Source of the DNA: Candidatus Falkowbacteria bacterium RIFOXYC2_FULL_36_12
GTDB lineage: Bacteria > Patescibacteriota > Patescibacteriia > UBA11705
Direction of reading: 5' to 3'
Length of the DNA stretch: 64,000 nt
Assembly: GCA_001778235.1 (NCBI GenBank)
Contig: MFGJ01000006.1
Coordinates: 98,092 to 162,091, forward strand
This document shows positions 19,050-29,477 of this stretch, one piece after another. Each line of letters opens with the position of its first letter. Within the stretch, counting starts at the first letter, position 1. The notes under the pieces are model-generated. The model worked only from the letters and a program-made list of their open reading frames with translations, was not told where the DNA came from and did not search any database. Position numbers and translations under genes: made by a program.

Positions 19050-20510
19050 ATGGTAACATTTAAACAACTGGGCCTGAATTCTGAAATTATCAAAAGTCTT
19101 GACGATTTAGGATTTACACAGCCAACTCCGATACAAGAGAAGGCGATTTTATTTTTATTAAAATCAAAAAAGGATCTTATTGCTTTAGCACAAACTGGTA
19201 CAGGAAAAACTGCAGCTTTTAGTTTACCAATATTGAACCAAATAAAACCTCGAGCCAATGTGTTAGAAGCGATTATAATTTGTCCGACCAGAGAACTTTG
19301 TTTGCAAATTTCAAAGGATATTAGAAATCTAGGAAAATATGTTGATGGATTAAAAGTAACTTCTGTTTATGGCGGTGAGAGAATGGATGTGCAGATAAAA
19401 GCATTAAAAAGTGGAACAAATATTGTGGTTGGTACTCCTGGCCGTGTTCATGACATGATTAGAAGAAATGTTTTGAAATTGGTGAATATCAAATGGGTGG
19501 TACTTGATGAAGCTGATGAAATGCTTGATATGGGGTTTAAGCAAGATTTGGAAGCAATTCTTGGCGAAACATCAAAGTCCAGACAAACCATGCTTTTTTC
19601 AGCGACTATGCAAAAGAATATTTATTCAATTGCTAAAAAGTACATGAATGAGTCAGAAGAAATCAGTATTGGTGAAAAGAACAAAGGTGCGGATAATGTT
19701 TCTCATGAATATTATGTTGTGCAGTCAAGAGATCGTTTTGAAGCTTTGAAAAGAATTTTAGAATCTTTACCCGGAGTTTATGGAATTTTATTTTGTCGTA
19801 CTCGAAGAGAAACTCAAGAATTGGCTGAAAAATTAAAACATGAAGGATATAGTACTGAAGCTTTGAATGGCGATATTAACCAGAGATTACGAACAAGAAT
19901 AATGGATCGGTTTAAAAACAAACAAGTCAGTTTACTTGTGGCTACAGATGTGGCTGCCAGAGGAATTGATGTTAGTAATTTATCACATGTGATTAATTAT
20001 AATTTGCCTGATCAAAATGATGCCTATACTCATAGAAGCGGTAGAACCGGCAGAGCTCAAAATAGCGGAGTTTCTATCACGATTGTAACTTCACGAGATA
20101 TCAGAAAAATAAAAATGTTAGAAGCAATGGTCGGTAAAAAGTTTGAATTCAAGAAAGTGCCAAATAAAGCTGATATCTATGTTAAACAAATTGATCAGTT
20201 TATTGAAGAGATCAAGCAAGCTGATATTTCAAGCATTAAAACAGAAAAATCTTTATCCGAGATAAAAGATAAAATGAAAAAGTTAACAAAAGATGAATTG
20301 GTTGATTATTTTATTGCTACAAAATTTAATAAGCTGTTAAATGGCGCGGAAGATAGTAGGGATTTGAATACAGACGCCTTTGTTGCTCCAGTTGGCAGAA
20401 GTTCTGGACAGAGAAGACGGTTTATTGGGACTAATAGAAAAAGAGGAAATTATAGTAATCAACGATCAGGATATAGAGCACGAAGACCAGAATATAAAAA
20501 ATCAAGATAA
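19050..20510 (+). CDS. DEAD-box ATP-dependent RNA helicase with basic C-terminal tail
   Basis: AQTGTGKT, DEAD (VLDEADEML), SAT, HRSGRTGRAG motifs. Confidence 0.85.
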   Translation: MVTFKQLGLNSEIIKSLDDLGFTQPTPIQEKAILFLLKSKKDLIALAQTGTGKTAAFSLPILNQIKPRANVLEAIIICPTRELCLQISKDIRNLGKYVDGLKVTSVYGGERMDVQIKALKSGTNIVVGTPGRVHDMIRRNVLKLVNIKWVVLDEADEMLDMGFKQDLEAILGETSKSRQTMLFSATMQKNIYSIAKKYMNESEEISIGEKNKGADNVSHEYYVVQSRDRFEALKRILESLPGVYGILFCRTRRETQELAEKLKHEGYSTEALNGDINQRLRTRIMDRFKNKQVSLLVATDVAARGIDVSNLSHVINYNLPDQNDAYTHRSGRTGRAQNSGVSITIVTSRDIRKIKMLEAMVGKKFEFKKVPNKADIYVKQIDQFIEEIKQADISSIKTEKSLSEIKDKMKKLTKDELVDYFIATKFNKLLNGAEDSRDLNTDAFVAPVGRSSGQRRRFIGTNRKRGNYSNQRSGYRARRPEYKKSR

Positions 20511-20512
20511 AT

Positions 20513-20542
20513 AAAAAAAAACAGCTGTGCGCTGTTTTTTTG
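20513..20542 (+). terminator. rho-independent terminator
   Basis: ACAGCTGTGCGCTGT hairpin + T-run. Confidence 0.5.
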
Positions 20543-20805
20543 TTTAATTATTTACAAGGTTTTATATTTATTTTCTAGTTCTTCAACCAAATGTCTTAAA
20601 TCCGTTATGGTGTAATTGAGCCAACCATCATTTTTGAAGTCTTTAGATGTTAGTGTTATGGACCTACCGGTAAGATCGTGAAATTTACTATTTTCTAACA
20701 AGTGGTCTTTCTGCGCGCTTCGCAGTAGAAATTATGCTTGGTTTTGAAGTTGTAAAATCCTACCAATATGGTAGGATATAGAGGTGAAATTAAATTCAAA
20801 TTATT

Positions 20806-23646
20806 ATGAAAAAATTTATATATATAATATTAATCGTATTGATAGTTGTACCAGTGATTGGCAGTGGAATTTCATTTGCAGCTGATTGTCCGCTTCAGCT
20901 CGAATCTGCCTACAAGATAAGTGGCAATAAATCAGTTTATTTCATTACTGATAAATGTCAGAAGCGTCCGTTTAATAATGAGGCAAAATTTTTTTCTTAT
21001 TTCACCAGCTGGGGACAGGTTAAAACAATTGATCAAAGCATTTTACAATCAATTGAAAATGATCAGCTTGGTTTTATGCCTTGGGGGCCTCTGTATAATC
21101 CTAAATACGGTGCAGTAGTCAAGAGCGTGAATGATCCGAAAGTTTATCTTTTGCTAAATGAAAAAAAATATTGGTTTGCGTCAGAAAATGTTTTCACCAG
21201 TCTTGGTTACAAGTGGAATTGGATTGAAGATGGGTCAGACAGTTTTATCGCTAAATATGATGAAGGCGGAACAATAAATTATACTGATCACCATCCGAAT
21301 TATACTATTGTTAAATACCCTGATTCAATCAGGGTCTATCAAATTGTGCCTGATCCGTTAAATGATGGGGTACAATTGAAAAAGCATATTGTAAATGAAC
21401 AGGCTTTTAATGAGGCTGGTTATCGCTGGGATAGAATTGTAATAATACCAAATTCGGAAATTTATTCTGATTATAATATTCCCAGCGGAGAAATTTCAGC
21501 TGTCAGTGCTTCAATTCTGGAAGTTGAAATTAGTGGCAATGTTAATGTTCTTGATTTAATGAATAAAGATAAGTGGCAAATAGCTTCAGTGGACGATAAT
21601 AATTATTTTGGCGCGAAAAAACCAATAAAAATTGAAAGATTTACTGTGACGCTGGACGCGGAGGACAGAAATAAAAACGGTCAGAATATAAATGACAGAG
21701 TTTTGAGACATTATGTTTATCTGTATTTGCCACAAAATATGAAGTTGGATTATAACTATACTATTACGGGCAATTTTAACTTGACTCCGTATTTTTATAA
21801 TGGGGCGGAAGGTTATTTTCAGTCGCAGTCAAGTCAGGTTGGGCCTTTTACTCTGAATTTTGGCAATGAAGATGGCTTTAGCAAAGCAATTAAAGTGAAC
21901 CAGTTCGCTTATAGCAATAAATCAAACAAGCGATATGCTTACGCTGGTTTTTGGCTCGGCAGTGGCGGAACTTTGAATATTAATTCCAAGGAATATACTA
22001 TTTACAATTGGCAAAATAAACAGATTGTGAAGTCTGCTGTAATGATTGAACGAGGTTATGATGATCTAAGCGGAGAAAATGTGTATGAGATAAATTTAAC
22101 AGGTTTAACACAAGGAAAATATTATATTGAAAATAGCGAACTTGGTAGATCGGCAATTTTTTCGGTGCAAGATAATGTTTTTGACGGATTTTACACTGTA
22201 GCTAGAGGATTGTACCAACAGCGTGCTGGAACCAGTTTGCCAGCGGAAAATACTGATTGGAATCATGATTTGTGTCATTCAATTGTATATAAAGTTGATA
22301 TTCTTGAAAATTGGGGACTGGATTTCCCTGCGGGAACCAGCAAACAAAATCCGATTATACTTGAAGGCGGTTGGTATGATGCAGGAGATTTTGATCGGAG
22401 GCCTGTGCATCTAAATACAGTTGAACAATTGTTAGCGACACAAGAGGCTTTTAATAACAGATTGTCGGATAATATTTTGAATATTCCAGAGAGTGGTAAT
22501 GGCTTGCCTGATCTGTTTGACGAGGCTTTGTTCGGTTTGAAGCTGTTTGAAAAATTGCAGGAGTCTGATGGTGGAGTGCGGGGCGGTGTGCAAACTACAG
22601 GACATCCAAGTGTTGGTAGTTGTCTAGACGACCAATTAATTTATTACACCTATAGCAAGAATGTTTATACTTCATACAAATTTGCGGCTTCAGCTGCGCA
22701 TGCAGGTAGGTTGCTTCGTGACCTTTATGGTCAACCAGCTCGAGGTACAGAATTGATTGAGAAAGCTAAAAAAGCTTTTACTTGGGCTGAAGGACAGTCT
22801 AATCTGGGGACTACAAGTCCGGTAGAGAGAAATGAAGCACAGAAACAATCGGAAATAAATCGGGCTAAAATGTCAGCGACTGGGTCGTTGTTTAGCGCTA
22901 CCAATGATCTAATCTACCAAAATATTTTTTCTGGATTATGGGATGAATTAAGGGGACCGACACATTATGACACGATTTACAGCGCCTGGAATTTTGCTCA
23001 AGCTGGAGGTAACAATTTTGATGTTGAACTGCGTCAGGATGTTAGAAACAGGATTGTTGAATCAGCAAATCAATTTGTTGCGAATATTGATAATAATAAA
23101 TACAGAAATTCCAGAGGACAAGGTTATAATATCGCCTGGGGGACAGGGACAACGGTTACGCAGTATGCTTTTCCAATTGTTCTCGCTTATTCATTTAATC
23201 CTGCACAGGAATATATTGATGCGGTTAATTTGAATATAGATTACCAGCTTGGAGCCAATCCGAACGACATGTCTTGGATTACTGGCATTGGTTATGATTC
23301 GCCAGAATATCCTTTGCACTTAAATTCAATGTATGATGGCATAGAGCAGTCAGTCCCTGGCTTGCCAATCAATGGTCCACACTCAAGAAATTTTGACAGT
23401 GGAGTTTGCGAGCCACAGGATTATTGGCAGTGCATGGTTTACAATGGATTTTCCCCAAGCACAAATTCTGTCCCAAAATTAAAACAATATTCTCCATGGG
23501 CCAGGATGGCGCCGATGAATGAATTTACAGTCTGGACTGATATGGGCTATACAATTGCTTCGTTCGCTTTTCAGTTTGCGGTCAGCGGGCAGAGCGCACC
23601 GGTAAATTTGCAGTTACATGTTGATGATTATCCGCTACATCCTTGA
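20806..23646 (+). CDS. large secreted protein with glycoside hydrolase family 9-like catalytic region
   Basis: signal peptide; GGWYDAGDF (GH9 signature-like), PMNEFTVW region resembling GH9 catalytic Glu motif; 946 aa. Confidence 0.45.
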   Translation: MKKFIYIILIVLIVVPVIGSGISFAADCPLQLESAYKISGNKSVYFITDKCQKRPFNNEAKFFSYFTSWGQVKTIDQSILQSIENDQLGFMPWGPLYNPKYGAVVKSVNDPKVYLLLNEKKYWFASENVFTSLGYKWNWIEDGSDSFIAKYDEGGTINYTDHHPNYTIVKYPDSIRVYQIVPDPLNDGVQLKKHIVNEQAFNEAGYRWDRIVIIPNSEIYSDYNIPSGEISAVSASILEVEISGNVNVLDLMNKDKWQIASVDDNNYFGAKKPIKIERFTVTLDAEDRNKNGQNINDRVLRHYVYLYLPQNMKLDYNYTITGNFNLTPYFYNGAEGYFQSQSSQVGPFTLNFGNEDGFSKAIKVNQFAYSNKSNKRYAYAGFWLGSGGTLNINSKEYTIYNWQNKQIVKSAVMIERGYDDLSGENVYEINLTGLTQGKYYIENSELGRSAIFSVQDNVFDGFYTVARGLYQQRAGTSLPAENTDWNHDLCHSIVYKVDILENWGLDFPAGTSKQNPIILEGGWYDAGDFDRRPVHLNTVEQLLATQEAFNNRLSDNILNIPESGNGLPDLFDEALFGLKLFEKLQESDGGVRGGVQTTGHPSVGSCLDDQLIYYTYSKNVYTSYKFAASAAHAGRLLRDLYGQPARGTELIEKAKKAFTWAEGQSNLGTTSPVERNEAQKQSEINRAKMSATGSLFSATNDLIYQNIFSGLWDELRGPTHYDTIYSAWNFAQAGGNNFDVELRQDVRNRIVESANQFVANIDNNKYRNSRGQGYNIAWGTGTTVTQYAFPIVLAYSFNPAQEYIDAVNLNIDYQLGANPNDMSWITGIGYDSPEYPLHLNSMYDGIEQSVPGLPINGPHSRNFDSGVCEPQDYWQCMVYNGFSPSTNSVPKLKQYSPWARMAPMNEFTVWTDMGYTIASFAFQFAVSGQSAPVNLQLHVDDYPLHP

Positions 23647-23665
23647 AATAAATTTAATAAATTAT

Positions 23666-24574
23666 ATGAATGCAATTGAAATAAAAGATTTAATAAAAAC
23701 TTACCCACCAGGCATCAAGGCTTTGGAAGGGATTAGTTTTATTGTTGAGAAAGGTGACTTTTTTGCTTTGCTAGGACCAAATGGAGCAGGTAAATCAACT
23801 ACGATTAATATTATTTGCAGTTTAGTTAATAAAAGTGCTGGTCAGGTCAAGGTAATGGATTTTGATCTGGACAAAGATGATTTGAAGATAAAGTCTTTAA
23901 TTGGTTTGGTACCGCAAGAATTCAATTTTAATATTTTTGAAAAAGTAATTGATATTGTAGTAACGCAGGCAGGTTATTATGGTATTGGTCGTAGGCAGGC
24001 AGAAGAAAAAGCTGAAAAACTGTTAAGAAAATTAGGTCTTTGGGAGAAAAAAGATTCTGTGGCGCAAAAGCTTTCAGGTGGAATGAAACGAAAATTGATG
24101 ATTGCCAGAGGGTTGGTTCATGAGCCGGAAATCTTGATTTTGGATGAGCCAACGGCCGGTGTCGATGTTGAAACCAGACGAGAAATGTGGGATTTTATAA
24201 AAGAGTTGAATGAACAAGGTAAGACGATTATTCTGACAACACATTATTTGGAAGAAGCAGAGCAACTTTGCCGTCGGATTGCAATTATAAATAACGGTAG
24301 ATTAATTGAAAATACTAGCATTAAAGATTTTTTGAATAAGTCGGATGAAGAAACTTTTGTTTTGGATATTGCTGATCAGGTTGGGAGTTTACCTAAAGTT
24401 GATTTTCCATTAAAAAGAATAAATAGCACCACTTTGGAAATAAAAATAGCGAAAAAAGATTCAGTTAATTATCCGATAAAAATTCTTGACCAGGCGGGGA
24501 TAAAAATATTGAGTTTAAGAAACAAAACCAATAGATTGGAAGAATTGTTTATTAAATTAACCAAGAAAGAATAA
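23666..24574 (+). CDS. ABC transporter ATP-binding protein (ABC-2 exporter type)
   Basis: Walker [18 protein letters not shown] signature, ILILDEPT Walker B; ORF-track start 23618 is probably too far upstream. Confidence 0.8.
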   Translation: MNAIEIKDLIKTYPPGIKALEGISFIVEKGDFFALLGPNGAGKSTTINIICSLVNKSAGQVKVMDFDLDKDDLKIKSLIGLVPQEFNFNIFEKVIDIVVTQAGYYGIGRRQAEEKAEKLLRKLGLWEKKDSVAQKLSGGMKRKLMIARGLVHEPEILILDEPTAGVDVETRREMWDFIKELNEQGKTIILTTHYLEEAEQLCRRIAIINNGRLIENTSIKDFLNKSDEETFVLDIADQVGSLPKVDFPLKRINSTTLEIKIAKKDSVNYPIKILDQAGIKILSLRNKTNRLEELFIKLTKKE

Positions 24575-24580
24575 TTATAT

Positions 24581-25342
24581 ATGTTATTAAATATGTTTTT
24601 GACAATTGTGCGCAAAGAAATAACCAGATTTATGAGAATCTGGACACAGACTTTGTTGCCCTCCGTCATCACTACGATTTTATATTTTATTGTTTTTGGG
24701 GCTTTTATTGGTTCCCAGGTAAGTGATGTTGACGGTTATAGTTATATGGCTTTCATCGTACCAGGATTGATCATGATGAGTGTGATAAACAATTCATATT
24801 CAAATGTGGTTTCAAGTTTTTTTTCACAAAAATTTATGAGAGCGGTTGATGAATTATTGATTTCGCCCACCCCCAACTTTATTATTTTAACCGGTTATGT
24901 GCTGGGAGGTGTTTTGCGTGGTTTGATAGTCGGCGGATTGATAACGGCCACATCATTATTTTTTGTTGATTTTCATATTTACAATTTGACTTGGGTAATA
25001 TTGTTATTTGTTCTGACATCATTATTTTTCAGTTTAGCTGGATTTACCAATGCTGTATTTGCCAGGAAGTTTGATGATGTCTCCATTGTTCCTGTTTTTA
25101 TATTGACGCCGTTGACTTTTTTGGGTGGAGTATTTTATTCAATCAATGCTCTGCCTCCTTTTTGGCAAGTTGTTTCCAGATTTAATCCGATTTTATACAT
25201 GATCAATGGATTTCGTTATGGTTTTCTTGGTATCAGTGATGTTAATGTATTTTTCAGTTTGGGGATATTGGTAGTATTTACAGTTGTAATGTATGTTTTC
25301 AATCTAGTTTTGTTGAAAAAAGGTGTTGGCTTGAAGAATTAA
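24581..25342 (+). CDS. ABC-2 type transporter permease
   Basis: 6 TM polytopic protein immediately after ABC ATPase. Confidence 0.65.
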   Translation: MLLNMFLTIVRKEITRFMRIWTQTLLPSVITTILYFIVFGAFIGSQVSDVDGYSYMAFIVPGLIMMSVINNSYSNVVSSFFSQKFMRAVDELLISPTPNFIILTGYVLGGVLRGLIVGGLITATSLFFVDFHIYNLTWVILLFVLTSLFFSLAGFTNAVFARKFDDVSIVPVFILTPLTFLGGVFYSINALPPFWQVVSRFNPILYMINGFRYGFLGISDVNVFFSLGILVVFTVVMYVFNLVLLKKGVGLKN

Positions 25343-25360
25343 TATTTGTTAATTGAATCT

Positions 25361-25395
25361 AAAAACCATGAATGTGCATGGTTTTTTATTTTTGA
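25361..25395. terminator. bidirectional rho-independent terminator between convergent genes
   Basis: AAAAACCATG-AATGTG-CATGGTTTTT with flanking T-runs. Confidence 0.45.
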
Positions 25396-25398
25396 AAA

Positions 25399-25902
25399 TT
25401 ATTTGATTGAAATTATTTTGAAGTTTGTGGTTTTGTCCCTTAGGATGATTTCAACTTGATCGCATATTTTTTTTCCTAATAAAGCCGAACCTAGGGGTGA
25501 ATTTCTTGAAATAATACCAGTATCTGGATTTGTTTCGGCTGAACCAAGTATTTGATAGGTAGATTGTTTGCCTGCTGATTCAACTGTGACAAAATTGCCA
25601 AGCTCAACTACTTGATTGTTGTTGTTGGTTTTTATAATCTCACAATGTTTGAGTTGTTCTTCAAATTCTAAAATGCGATTATTGAGTCCTCGTAATTTAC
25701 CTTTGGCGATTTGGTATTCAGCGTTTTCCGAAAAATCACCGAGTTCAGCCAATCTTTTGACTTCTGATGCTAGCTTTGGTCTGATGGTGTTTTTCATTTT
25801 ATCAACTTCGGCTTTAATCTGATCATATTTTGTTTGGGTTATAAACGGATCAAAAGTTTTTCTCTTGATATTTTGTTCGGATTTTCTTTTTGGAATTTGC
25901 AT
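25399..25902 (-). CDS. greA: transcription elongation factor GreA
   Basis: LGDFSENAEYQIAKGK coiled-coil motif and C-terminal FKBP-like domain. Confidence 0.8.
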   Translation of the reverse strand: MQIPKRKSEQNIKRKTFDPFITQTKYDQIKAEVDKMKNTIRPKLASEVKRLAELGDFSENAEYQIAKGKLRGLNNRILEFEEQLKHCEIIKTNNNNQVVELGNFVTVESAGKQSTYQILGSAETNPDTGIISRNSPLGSALLGKKICDQVEIILRDKTTNFKIISIK

Positions 25903-26112
25903 AAATTAATCGTCAATCATTAGTCCAGAGTTATGGGTTATATATATGTATAATAAAGTAAATTGAATGAAATATCAAATAAAAAATTGCAATAAAATTA
26001 CTGTAATTATTTTTAATTATTTTTTTAAAACATAACGAATTAATATTTTTGTCAAATTTTAAATCTGGTAAGAATAATTGCCAGAATTATGATTTAATGT
26101 TATTTTTGATGT

Positions 26113-27363
26113 ATGCGTAATATTCTCAAATCAAAAATTTTGGTGATTGGCGGTGGTCCGGCTGGTATGATGTCAGCGCTACAGGCATCTGAAAAAAGTT
26201 CAGGCGTTGTTTTGGTTGAGAAAAATGATAGATTAGGGTTGAAATTGTTGATTACAGGCAAGGGTAGATGCAATATTACCAATGCCGAAACTGAAGTCAG
26301 AAGTTTGGTTCAGAAGTTTGGTAAAAATGGAAAATTTTTATATTCTAGCTTGAACAAATTTAGTGTTGATGATGTGGTGAGTTTTTTCCAACAAAATGGT
26401 TTGAAAACAAAGACAGAAAGAGGTGGAAGAATATTTCCTGTGAGTAATAATTCAGCTGATGTTTTGGCTGTATTAGTAAATAAGATGAAGAAAAATAATG
26501 TGAAGATAGTGAATAATGACCCGGTTGTTAATGTTATAAAAAATGGCAAGATGATTGAAAAAGTTGTACTAAAAAGTGGTAGAGAAGTGGTAGCTGAAAA
26601 ATTTATAATTTGCACTGGAGGAAAATCATATCCAGCTACGGGTTCAACCGGTGATGGTTATCGTTGGTTGAAAAATTTAGGTCATAATTTAGTTAAACCA
26701 GAGCCAGTATTAGTCCCAATTATGGTAAAAGAGAATTTTGTCAAAGAATTGGAAGGTTTGAGTCTGAAAAATGTTGCAATAAAGGTTTTTCAAAAAAATA
26801 AAAAACAAGATGAAAGATTTGGTGAAGCGATTTTTACAAACAATGGCATGAGTGGTCCAATTATTTTGGATTTGAGTAAAAGCATTGGGTCTTTACTCCA
26901 GGCTGGAAAGGTAGAACTCCGAATTGATTTCAAGCCAGGCTTGTCAGTAGCTGAATTGGATGCTAGGATTCAAAGGGATTTCAAGGGGCTAATAAATAAA
27001 GATTTTAAGAATAGTTTGGATGATTTATTACCACAAAAATTAATTCCAGTTGTGGTGAAGTTATCAAACATTGATAAAAACACAAAAGTAAATTCAATTA
27101 CTAGAGAAGAAAGAAAAGTTTTAGTAAAACTGTTGAAAGAGTTTGTGCTTGAAGTTGACAGACTTGATGGTTTTGAAAAAGCGATTGTAACAAAAGGTGG
27201 GGTTGATTTGCGAGAAATTGATCCACAAACCATGAAATCAAAAATTATTGAAAATTTATATTTTGCTGGAGAAATACTTGACCTTGATGGGCCGACCGGT
27301 GGATATAATCTGCAGGTTTGTTGGAGTACTGGTTTTGTGGCGGGGAATAGTGTTTTGGATTGA
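26113..27363 (+). CDS. FAD-dependent flavoprotein of the HI0933/BaiN family
   Basis: VIGGGPAGMMSA dinucleotide-binding motif, HI0933-like length and conserved C-terminal GGxDxxExDxxT-like region. Confidence 0.75.
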   Translation: MRNILKSKILVIGGGPAGMMSALQASEKSSGVVLVEKNDRLGLKLLITGKGRCNITNAETEVRSLVQKFGKNGKFLYSSLNKFSVDDVVSFFQQNGLKTKTERGGRIFPVSNNSADVLAVLVNKMKKNNVKIVNNDPVVNVIKNGKMIEKVVLKSGREVVAEKFIICTGGKSYPATGSTGDGYRWLKNLGHNLVKPEPVLVPIMVKENFVKELEGLSLKNVAIKVFQKNKKQDERFGEAIFTNNGMSGPIILDLSKSIGSLLQAGKVELRIDFKPGLSVAELDARIQRDFKGLINKDFKNSLDDLLPQKLIPVVVKLSNIDKNTKVNSITREERKVLVKLLKEFVLEVDRLDGFEKAIVTKGGVDLREIDPQTMKSKIIENLYFAGEILDLDGPTGGYNLQVCWSTGFVAGNSVLD

Positions 27364-27393
27364 ATATAAAGGATTAGCAGAAGCTTTCGGTCT

Positions 27394-27770
27394 TTATACC
27401 CTGAAATCCATCTTCGTTAAAACTTCGATGGACAAGCAAATTCAGAGCCTGCCCTGAATTTAGTTCAGGGGTGACAAGTGAGATGTGGTGACAAATTGGG
27501 AGATGCTGAAAACAGTACCCGGAGATCCTGAAACAAGTTCAGGATGACGAGTGTAGGGTTCAGGGTGACGAGTGTAGGGTTCAGGATGATGAGTGGTGTG
27601 TGGTCCCGTCACTCTGAACTTGTTTCAGAGTCTCCTGAATTGACATTAAAGTAAGGAATGAAAAATTGATTTGATTACAGAATTTAATTTGAATTTTGAA
27701 GAATTATACCCTGAAACCATGCACTATAAACAAGTTTAAGTGCGTGGCAAGCAAACTCACCGCAGGCAAA
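27394..27770. repeat. intergenic cluster of family B repeats (TATACCCTGAAA...TTCAGGGGTGACAAGTGAG; CCTGAA-N5-TTCAGG hairpins; 22-bp tandem GTTCAGGGTGACGAGTGTAGG x ~2.5)
   Basis: 27595-27720 ~85-90% identical to 52392-52510; 27702-27750 is reverse complement of 37352-37380. Confidence 0.6.
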
Positions 27771-27780
27771 GGAGGTAGAA

Positions 27781-28134
27781 ATGTTCTTTATTCCAATGAT
27801 GCTAACAATGATGTTGACGGCTATATTTGGTTTTATTTTTAATCATGTGGTAAAGAGGTTCAAAATATTTCAACTTTTATTGGGGAATCTAGTTGGAATG
27901 ATTTTGGGGATAATGCTTTGTCAGACTTTAGAGTTGATTGACTTCTGGGACATTTCGTTTAATTCAAAGTTATTTGGATTAAAGACTTTGTTGCAAGTGT
28001 TTGTAGATATTCTATGCGGAGGAGGAATTGGATTTTTTGTTGGTGGGTTAATTTATTTCTGGATTATCCAGCCAATACTTGAATACATGTCTGATGCATG
28101 GTTTATGAGAAACATAAAGAAAACTTCAAAATAA
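27781..28134 (+). CDS. hypothetical small membrane protein
   Basis: ORF, 3 predicted TM helices, terminator at 28141-28170. Confidence 0.35.
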   Translation: MFFIPMMLTMMLTAIFGFIFNHVVKRFKIFQLLLGNLVGMILGIMLCQTLELIDFWDISFNSKLFGLKTLLQVFVDILCGGGIGFFVGGLIYFWIIQPILEYMSDAWFMRNIKKTSK

Positions 28135-28383
28135 ATAGATCAGCCAAATCGCTGATTTTTTTAATTCTGTTTTTGTCTTGCATCGGTTTTTGGGGTCAGA
28201 ATCCAAACTGTAGAAAATAAAGTTGGAAAAATGTTGAAATATTGTGATATTGTAATATTGAAATAGTGAAATATTGAAATAATGGTAAGCCAGACATGTT
28301 TACCTTTGTAATATTAATTGTATAGATAAAATGAAAAGTTGGCAAAATCATGTTATAATTATATTATAAAATTAAGAAAATAT

Positions 28384-28851
28384 ATGATGTGGAAAAAATT
28401 TATCATTTCAATTTCAGTTCCTCTGCTGGCTGGTTTTATAGGGTCATTTTTTACTTTTGGCTCGATTGACTCATGGTATTCTGGCTTGAACAAACCGGTT
28501 TTTTCTCCTCCGAATTGGTTGTTCGGACCGGTATGGACAATACTGTATGTTCTTATGGGTATAAGTGTTTATTTAATTTGGAGAAAATTGGAAAAAAATG
28601 AAAAAGTTAGATCAGCATTTATATTCTTTTGGGTGCATTTGTTTTTCAATGCTATTTGGTCAATTATATTCTTTGGTTTACAAAGTCCAGTTTTGGCTTT
28701 GGTAGATATTGTGATTATTTGGCTGATGATTTTGATGATGATTATTTGGTATTGGAAAATTGAAAAGTGGTCAAGTATATTGCTCTGGCCGTATATTATC
28801 TGGGTGAGTTTTGCTAGTGTGTTGAATTTGAGTATTGTAATGTTGAATTAA
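28384..28851 (+). CDS. tspO: TspO/MBR family tryptophan-rich sensory protein
   Basis: WYSGLNKPVFSPPNWLFGPVWTILYVLMGISVYLIW signature; ORF-track start 28339, likely start MMWKKF at 28384. Confidence 0.75.
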   Translation: MMWKKFIISISVPLLAGFIGSFFTFGSIDSWYSGLNKPVFSPPNWLFGPVWTILYVLMGISVYLIWRKLEKNEKVRSAFIFFWVHLFFNAIWSIIFFGLQSPVLALVDIVIIWLMILMMIIWYWKIEKWSSILLWPYIIWVSFASVLNLSIVMLN

Positions 28852-28958
28852 TGAAATAGTGAAATAGTGGAAATAAAGTTGGATATAGATTGAAAAAATT
28901 TATTGTAAATAAAAAAAGTCCTTCGTTGAAGGTCTTTTGTTTTATCAATATTTAAGGA

Positions 28959-29477
28959 TCAAATATCTTTCATAATAATATCTTTTCTGGGAACTAGCAA
29001 TCCAGCTGATTCAATTGCGATAATGTCTGTTCTTTTTACATCTTCTTCAAATATCATTCTGGTTACATCTTTCCAGTCAGATTGAGACAGGAACATAAAA
29101 ACATGATTGTCCGAATGAATCTCAATATTCTCGGGATCGTCATGGTCAGGATTGGTTTGGGATCGTTCATCGCCTGGAATATTCGTTGAAGTAGTGCCAA
29201 AGATGATGATTAGGAAAATTGTTTGAGGTGGGAGTCTCGTGATTTGATCTAGAGATTTAATTTCATGTTTCTGTAGAAGATTTTGTAGTTCATTGCTCTT
29301 GATTCTCATCTTCCCCTCCTGTCTAGAGGTGCTCAATGTATTTAGTAAGCTGATCACGCAAAATTTGCTGAATTTGAGTTGGGTCCTTGAATCGCCGACG
29401 AATTTGTGTGCCATTGGTGAATGACAAGACTCCGCTCCAACAGGAGATTTCAAGTGTAAAAAAGATGTTTTGAGCAT
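28959..29477 (-). CDS. hypothetical protein (overlaps next ORF in another frame)
   Basis: ORF only. Confidence 0.25.
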   Translation of the reverse strand: MLKTSFLHLKSPVGAESCHSPMAHKFVGDSRTQLKFSKFCVISLLNTLSTSRQEGKMRIKSNELQNLLQKHEIKSLDQITRLPPQTIFLIIIFGTTSTNIPGDERSQTNPDHDDPENIEIHSDNHVFMFLSQSDWKDVTRMIFEEDVKRTDIIAIESAGLLVPRKDIIMKDI

